The notes beneath the pieces are model-generated. The model was not told where the DNA came from. It made no database searches and saw nothing but the letters and a program-made list of their open reading frames with translations. From contig JBMNJT010000002.1 in assembly GCA_050951805.1 (NCBI GenBank), positions 736,001 through 800,000 of the forward strand: 64,000 nt of DNA, read 5' to 3'. Below are positions 58,802-64,000 of this stretch, piece after piece; positions within the stretch are counted from its first letter, which is position 1, and the number at the start of each line of letters is the position of its first letter. The position numbers and the translations under genes are program-made. Source of the stretch: Bacillota bacterium. Lineage in GTDB: Bacteria > Bacillota > DTU025.

Positions 58802-61399
58802 TTAGGCTTTCTGAAACGCCAGAGCTCCGCCATTTTCGCCGGCGTCCGTGAGAACTACCTTTATTCTGTCACCAGGCGCGAACTTGCCTTGCAATATCTC
58901 CATGGCCAGCGGATTCTCGAGTTCTCTTTGAATGGCACGTTTGAGGGGCCTGGCTCCGTACACAGGGTCATATCCCGTCTCGGCTAGGAAGTCCCGCACC
59001 TGGGGCGTCCACTCGAGTAAGAAACCTTGTGATGCAACCCGATCGCGGACCAAGCCGAGTTGGATCTGGACGATCTGCGATATTTCCTCCCGTCCCAACC
59101 TATTGAAGATCAGTATTTCATCGATTCTGTTGAGAAACTCGGGCCTGAATGCTTGTCGAAGCACTTCCATCACCAGATCCCGCATCTGCTCCTCAGAGCC
59201 TGTGGCGTGTTCCATGATGTGCTGGCTGCCCAGGTTGGAGGTCATTATTATCACAGTGTTGCGGAAATCTACGGTTCGCCCCTGACCATCTGTCAGCCTG
59301 CCATCGTCGAGGAGCTGTAGCAGGACGTTGAAGACCTCCTGATGCGCCTTCTCTATTTCGTCGAGCAATATGACTGAATAGGGCCGTCGCCTCACTGCCT
59401 CGGTTAACTGGCCGCCCTCTTCGTAGCCGACATATCCTGGCGGCGCGCCGATCAGCCTGGCCACTGTGTGTCTCTCCTGATACTCCGACATGTCGATCCT
59501 TACCATTGCGCGTTCATCGTCGAAGAGGAATTCAGCTAACGCCTTTGCCAGTTCGGTCTTGCCTACACCGGTAGGGCCCAGGAATAGGAATGACCCTATC
59601 GGCCTCTCGGGATCGGAGAGCCCGGAGCGGGCACGCCTGACTGCGTTTGATACCGCCTCTATCGCTTCGTCCTGTCCAATCACCCTTCTCCGGAGGAGTT
59701 GCTCCATCTTGAGAAGCTTCTCCGTTTCTCCCTCCAGTAGCCGCGTTACAGGAATACCAGTCCATTTCGCGACTATCTCAGCGATATCTTCATCATCCAC
59801 TTCTTCTTTGAGGAAGCGCTGCTCCTTTTGGAGCTCGGCGATTTCCTGGTTTGCGCGATCCAGTTCTTGCTGGAGAGACAGCTGTACACCGTAGCGAAGC
59901 TCAGCTGCGCGTCCGAGATCGCCGGCACGTTCTGCCGCCTGCTCCTCTATCTTGGCCTCTTCGATTTTCTGCTTTATCTCTCTGATCCTGGCAATAGTCT
60001 CTTTTTCCTTTTGCCAGTGTGCTTTCATGGCCTCAGATTTCTCTTTGAGCTCCTTGAGCTCCTCGTTGAGCCTGATGAGCCTTTCTCGGGATGATTCATC
60101 ATCTTCTTTGTCGAGCGCGTGGCGCTCGATCTCCAGCTGCACAATACGGCGCTCCACTTCATCGATTTCAGCGGGCATCGAGTCGATTTCCATTCTCAAC
60201 TTTGACGCAGCTTCGTCCATGAGGTCTATGGCCTTATCAGGCAAAAACCGGTCGGATATATACCGATCCGACAAAACGGCCGCTGCCACGAGAGCCGAAT
60301 CCTTTATCTTAACTCCGTGATGGACTTCGTATCTTTCCTTCAGTCCCCTCAGTATGGCGATGGTGTCCTCAACAGAGGGCTCATCTACCATCACAGGTTG
60401 GAACCTGCGTTCGAGCGCGGCATCTTTCTCGATATACTTACGATACTCATCGATAGTTGTTGCGCCAACTGCTCTCAGTTCGCCTCGGGCTAGTGCGGGC
60501 TTAAGCATGTTCGAGGCATCGATTGAGCCCTCGGCAGCTCCAGCACCTACGAGTGTGTGGAGTTCATCAATAAACAGAATTATCTGTCCTTCGGCATCCT
60601 CTATGTCTTTCAGCACTGCTTTGAGCCGGTCTTCGAATTCGCCTCTATACTTGCTTCCGGCAACTAGTGCACCTAGATCTAGCGAGAGCACCCGCTTGTT
60701 CTTGAGACTGTCAGGCACATCTCCGGCGGCTATGCGTTGCGCGAGACCTTCCACGATGGCAGTCTTGCCAACGCCCGGCTCTCCGATGAGAACGGGATTA
60801 TTCTTTGTTCGCCTAGAGAGGACCTGGATCACCCGGCGGACTTCTTCGTCCCGACCTATGACGGGATCTAGAGTTCCTTTGCGCGCCAGGTCAGTAAGGT
60901 CTCGGGTGTATCTTTCCAGTGCTTGATACTTGTCTTCGGGGTTCTGGTCGGTCACCCGATGCGTGCCTCGCACATCGACGAGTGCCTTGTATATGGCGTC
61001 CTTGGTCACTCCCATCGATCTGAGCAGGCGCCCTGAATCATCATCAGCTCCGGCCAAGGCCAGAAGGATATGCTCGGTACTTACGTACTCATCCTTAAGC
61101 CGCCCGGCTTCAGATGAGGCATCATCGAGCAGACTGGCCGTGGCTGTAGACAAGTACTGACCGGCTTCTTGGCCATAGACCTTTGGAAGCTTCTCTAAGG
61201 ATGAAGCAACGGTCCTTGTCAATACCTCGGCAGAAACGCCAAGCTTTGATAGGATAAGAGAGACTACGCCTTCCTCCTGTTCAAGAAGGGCCGCTAGAAT
61301 GTGCATCGGCGCAACGCTTTGATGCTGGTTTGCCTGAGCGATGCTCTGCGCGCGCGCGATTGCCTCCTGAGATTTTACTGTAAGTTCTTCAAATCTCAT
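58802..61399 (-). CDS. clpB: ATP-dependent disaggregase ClpB
   Basis: 865 aa; two AAA+ domains ('GEPGVGKT', 'GPTGVGKT'), coiled-coil M domain with 'AAELRYG', 'GARPLKR'. Confidence 0.97.
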   Translation of the reverse strand: MRFEELTVKSQEAIARAQSIAQANQHQSVAPMHILAALLEQEEGVVSLILSKLGVSAEVLTRTVASSLEKLPKVYGQEAGQYLSTATASLLDDASSEAGRLKDEYVSTEHILLALAGADDDSGRLLRSMGVTKDAIYKALVDVRGTHRVTDQNPEDKYQALERYTRDLTDLARKGTLDPVIGRDEEVRRVIQVLSRRTKNNPVLIGEPGVGKTAIVEGLAQRIAAGDVPDSLKNKRVLSLDLGALVAGSKYRGEFEDRLKAVLKDIEDAEGQIILFIDELHTLVGAGAAEGSIDASNMLKPALARGELRAVGATTIDEYRKYIEKDAALERRFQPVMVDEPSVEDTIAILRGLKERYEVHHGVKIKDSALVAAAVLSDRYISDRFLPDKAIDLMDEAASKLRMEIDSMPAEIDEVERRIVQLEIERHALDKEDDESSRERLIRLNEELKELKEKSEAMKAHWQKEKETIARIREIKQKIEEAKIEEQAAERAGDLGRAAELRYGVQLSLQQELDRANQEIAELQKEQRFLKEEVDDEDIAEIVAKWTGIPVTRLLEGETEKLLKMEQLLRRRVIGQDEAIEAVSNAVRRARSGLSDPERPIGSFLFLGPTGVGKTELAKALAEFLFDDERAMVRIDMSEYQERHTVARLIGAPPGYVGYEEGGQLTEAVRRRPYSVILLDEIEKAHQEVFNVLLQLLDDGRLTDGQGRTVDFRNTVIIMTSNLGSQHIMEHATGSEEQMRDLVMEVLRQAFRPEFLNRIDEILIFNRLGREEISQIVQIQLGLVRDRVASQGFLLEWTPQVRDFLAETGYDPVYGARPLKRAIQRELENPLAMEILQGKFAPGDRIKVVLTDAGENGGALAFQKA

Positions 61400-62376
61400 G
61401 CCTCATCCCTCCCTGACGAGCTGGCGCTCGTTAGTCGTTCAAGTTCTCGGAAGAGTTCGCGCTCTTGTTCTGTTAGGTTACTGGGCAAGACAACATTTAC
61501 CTTGACCATCAAATCGCCACGTTTTCCTCCCTTGGTTGACGGCATGCCAAGTCCGCGCAATCGCAACACTTGTCCGTTCTGGGTCTCCGGAGGCACTCTT
61601 ACCGAAATTGTGTCCCCTGTCACAGTCTGCAGTTGGACTTCGCCTCCGAGAACCGCGACAGTGAGGGGAACGTTCACCTTCACATAAAGATCGTCGCCAC
61701 GGAGCTGGTACCCGCGATGGGGGCGTATCCGCACCTTAAGATAGAGATTGCCACGGCCTCCCGGAGCTCCTGCTCCTTCGCCGGCAATTCGAAGGCGTGT
61801 GCCATCGCGCACCCCCGGAGGAATATCGACTACTATTTTCCGCCGAGACCCGTCGGTTGGGTCGACGATTTCGATCGAACGTTGGCTGCCGGTGAATGCT
61901 TCATCAAGACCGATTTCGAGTTCATGCTCGATATCACGCTTGACCGGCCTGCGTCGGCTGAAACTGCGTTCGTCGAGATCGTGCAGATCATGTCCGAATA
62001 GGTGGTCTCCAAGTCCCAAATCTCCAAAGAATTGCTTAAAGAAATCGCTAAAATCAGCGTCCGAAAGATTGCCAAAGGTGAACGTTGTGCGCCCGTACCC
62101 AGGTTGGGTTCGTCGTCCCCCTGGAGGCCAGCCAGCGCTGGTCTTTGAGTAATGATCCCAGTCGGCGCCGAGCATATCGTAGCGCTTTCTCTTTTCAGGA
62201 TCGCCCAGCACCTCATAGGCTTCGGCTATCGCCTTGAAGCGTTCCTCTGCCGAACTGTCACCAGGATTGACGTCAGGGTGGTACTGGCGCGCAAGTCGCC
62301 TATAGGCGGACTTTATTTCCTCTTCGGTCGCGTCCTTGGATACGCCAAGGACTTTATAGTAATCTTTGAATTCCAT
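61396..62376 (-). CDS. Class-B DnaJ (CbpA-like; J domain, G/F region, no zinc finger)
   Basis: 'KDYYKVLGV', 'HPD', 'FSDFF..FFG', 'LRLRGLGMP'; no CxxCxGxG repeats. Confidence 0.9.
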   Translation of the reverse strand: MEFKDYYKVLGVSKDATEEEIKSAYRRLARQYHPDVNPGDSSAEERFKAIAEAYEVLGDPEKRKRYDMLGADWDHYSKTSAGWPPGGRRTQPGYGRTTFTFGNLSDADFSDFFKQFFGDLGLGDHLFGHDLHDLDERSFSRRRPVKRDIEHELEIGLDEAFTGSQRSIEIVDPTDGSRRKIVVDIPPGVRDGTRLRIAGEGAGAPGGRGNLYLKVRIRPHRGYQLRGDDLYVKVNVPLTVAVLGGEVQLQTVTGDTISVRVPPETQNGQVLRLRGLGMPSTKGGKRGDLMVKVNVVLPSNLTEQERELFRELERLTSASSSGRDEA

Positions 62377-62419
62377 AGTCCATCTCCCCGGCGCGCCCAT
62401 GCCATTGGCCGTGCGCAGC

Positions 62420-63016
62420 CTAGTCCGATTTCGGTACTGCTACGCGGGCCATGGTCGGCCTCAAACATTCGTTGCAGTATGTGTACCCGCGCCTGAACTC
62501 TTCGACTACAGTCTCGGTTTCGACATCCTCACCGTCGCATGCGGCCACGGCTTCATGGAGGCGGGGATCGAATGGTTCGTTCAGAGCGTCTATAGGTTTG
62601 ACCCCTTCAGATGCCAGTGCGTCGAGGAGTTTTCTCATAATCATCTCAACGCCTTGATGAAGGGACTCGTAGTCAGCGTCTGCCGCTAGTGCCCGCTCCA
62701 TGTCATCGACGATTGCCAGGAGCTTGAGGAACATCTCCTTCTTGCCGCTCCTGATGGTGAATTCTAGGTCCCGCGCCGTCCTGCGTTGGTAGTTTTCGAG
62801 ATCTGCCAAGGCGCGAAGATACATATTCCAGTTTTCCTCGGCCTTTGCTTCGGCTTCAGCCAATTTTAGTCTCAACTCATCACCCTCATTGACCATGTCC
62901 GCATTGGACGGAAGATCTTCGGGTGTGTGCTCTCCGTTAGCTTCAGCACCAGTGACCTCGCTGCTGTCGGACGATTGGATATTGCCGAGGCGCATGTCTT
63001 GCGTGTCTGGGCTCAT
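62420..63016 (-). CDS. grpE: Nucleotide exchange factor GrpE
   Basis: 'LRALADLENYQRR', 'DDMERAL', 'FDPRLHEAV', 'GY...LRPTMARV'. Confidence 0.93.
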   Translation of the reverse strand: MSPDTQDMRLGNIQSSDSSEVTGAEANGEHTPEDLPSNADMVNEGDELRLKLAEAEAKAEENWNMYLRALADLENYQRRTARDLEFTIRSGKKEMFLKLLAIVDDMERALAADADYESLHQGVEMIMRKLLDALASEGVKPIDALNEPFDPRLHEAVAACDGEDVETETVVEEFRRGYTYCNECLRPTMARVAVPKSD

Positions 63017-63151
63017 TATCTACACCACCGCTCGTTATTGGTAAGTGGCTGTTTGGTGAGGCTTGCGAGACGGTCCGTAAGCAGTGACCGCCGTTTTCCG
63101 GTCTGTCGTCGCCGCTTACGGACCGCACGCCACGCCTACAGTTCAGCCCTG

Positions 63152-63598
63152 TTACTCATTACGAATCTCGATCTGTTTTGGCTTGGCGCCTTCCGATTTC
63201 GGCAGATGCACCTCGAGGATCCCGTTCTTGTAATTAGCTGACACTTTGTCTTCAGCAACAGGTGAAGACAGTGCGAAGCTCCTGCAGAAGCTTCCGAAGC
63301 GTCTCTCTGTGCGCAGGTAGTTCTCGCGTTTGTCTTCGTATTCGGCAGCACGCTGCCCCTTGATCGTCAGCTGATTGTCTGTAAGGGTGATTTCGATATC
63401 GTCAGGATCCATCCCAGGCAGCTCTGCCATGATCACGAACTCTTCTGGGGTTTCAGCTATGTCCACAGGCATTAACAGGCTGCCGTGTGTGATCTGCTCC
63501 TCCATGGGAAGCCCAAGGAATCCATCTCCAAACATGCGGTTGAAAACACGTCTCATTTCCGTAAACTCCTGCCACGGATCGTAATTCATCAACGCCAT
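63152..63598 (-). CDS. Hsp20/alpha-crystallin small heat-shock protein
   Basis: 'PVDIAET', 'AELPG', 'ERRFGSFCRSF', 'ANYKNGILEVHLPK'; ATG 63598 after GGAGGTG. Confidence 0.93.
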   Translation of the reverse strand: MALMNYDPWQEFTEMRRVFNRMFGDGFLGLPMEEQITHGSLLMPVDIAETPEEFVIMAELPGMDPDDIEITLTDNQLTIKGQRAAEYEDKRENYLRTERRFGSFCRSFALSSPVAEDKVSANYKNGILEVHLPKSEGAKPKQIEIRNE

Positions 63599-63736
63599 CA
63601 AACGCACCTCCAGTTTAACAATGTAGTTTTGTCTCGAAACTATGTCTCGGTCTGCCCTCATAGGGTAGGGCAGGGCTTCGACTCATTCGGAAGGCCCGCG
63701 CAGGGGCCTAGTCCGAGTTCGAGATGGCTCACTCGC

Positions 63737-64000
63737 TCAGTTGTCATCGCCGTCTACAGTTCTGAAGTCTGCATCGATCACGTCGTCATCATCGCTATTT
63801 GCCGAATCGAACCCTCCGGCGCCTGTGGCGTCCCCGGAATCAGAGCCGTAGTCACCTTCACCCTGGCCGCCTGAGGCTTCTTGCGCTGCCTTGTATATTT
63901 CCTCTGACATCTTGTAAGAGGCTTCTCTGACCTGGTCCATGAAGCGCTTTACAGACTCCATGTCGTCGTCGGCGATGGCTTTTTTCAGTTCCTCAAGTTC
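63737..64000 (-). CDS. dnaK: DnaK C-terminal end (5' part outside the window)
   Basis: Frame open to the edge: ELEELKKAIADDDMESVK...ASYKMSEEIYKAAQ...DDDVIDADF; upstream of hsp20-grpE-dnaJ. Confidence 0.88.
   Translation of the reverse strand, partial: ELEELKKAIADDDMESVKRFMDQVREASYKMSEEIYKAAQEASGGQGEGDYGSDSGDATGAGGFDSANSDDDDVIDADFRTVDGDDN

Overview
A GC-rich Bacillota (Firmicutes, Clostridia/Limnochordia-like) chromosomal segment, mostly housekeeping and almost entirely + strand up to about 56.6 kb. In order: DUF2993 (partial), DUF5693, a CsaB::TagA fusion, split transketolase, ftsEX-M23-S41-PDZ-YibQ-like, uvrBAC-ogt, a Psp/Yvl-like envelope-stress operon (DUF2089, SHOCT-like/DUF4097, PspC, 4-TM holin-like), Cof, cdaA-cdaR-glmM, acpS-nnr-alr-ndoAI/ndoA, a class-I amidotransferase and an asparaginase, tsaEB-rimI-tsaD, LCP, comB, a ferredoxin-like protein, hpt, and a GMP synthase lacking its glutaminase domain. 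A small decayed accessory islet follows guaA, then DMT-tldD-pmbA-gltX-pcrA-ligA-gatCAB. The - strand carries a GPH-family sugar transporter and a dnaK-hsp20-grpE-dnaJ(class B)-clpB cluster. The most notable signals: (1) a remnant resembling the 5' end of an IscB-type omega/HEARO RNA (IS200/IS605) that truncates a PIG-L deacetylase gene at its metal-binding motif; (2) a three-protein SHOCT-like module with a perfect 14-bp palindrome inside a consensus sigma-A promoter and a +1 frameshifted member; (3) the CsaB::TagA fusion; (4) the stand-alone GuaA ATPPase; (5) an apparent ACG start codon for nnr. No tRNA, rRNA, CRISPR array, intact transposase or integrase was seen. All family calls are by motif recognition from memory; no searches were run.
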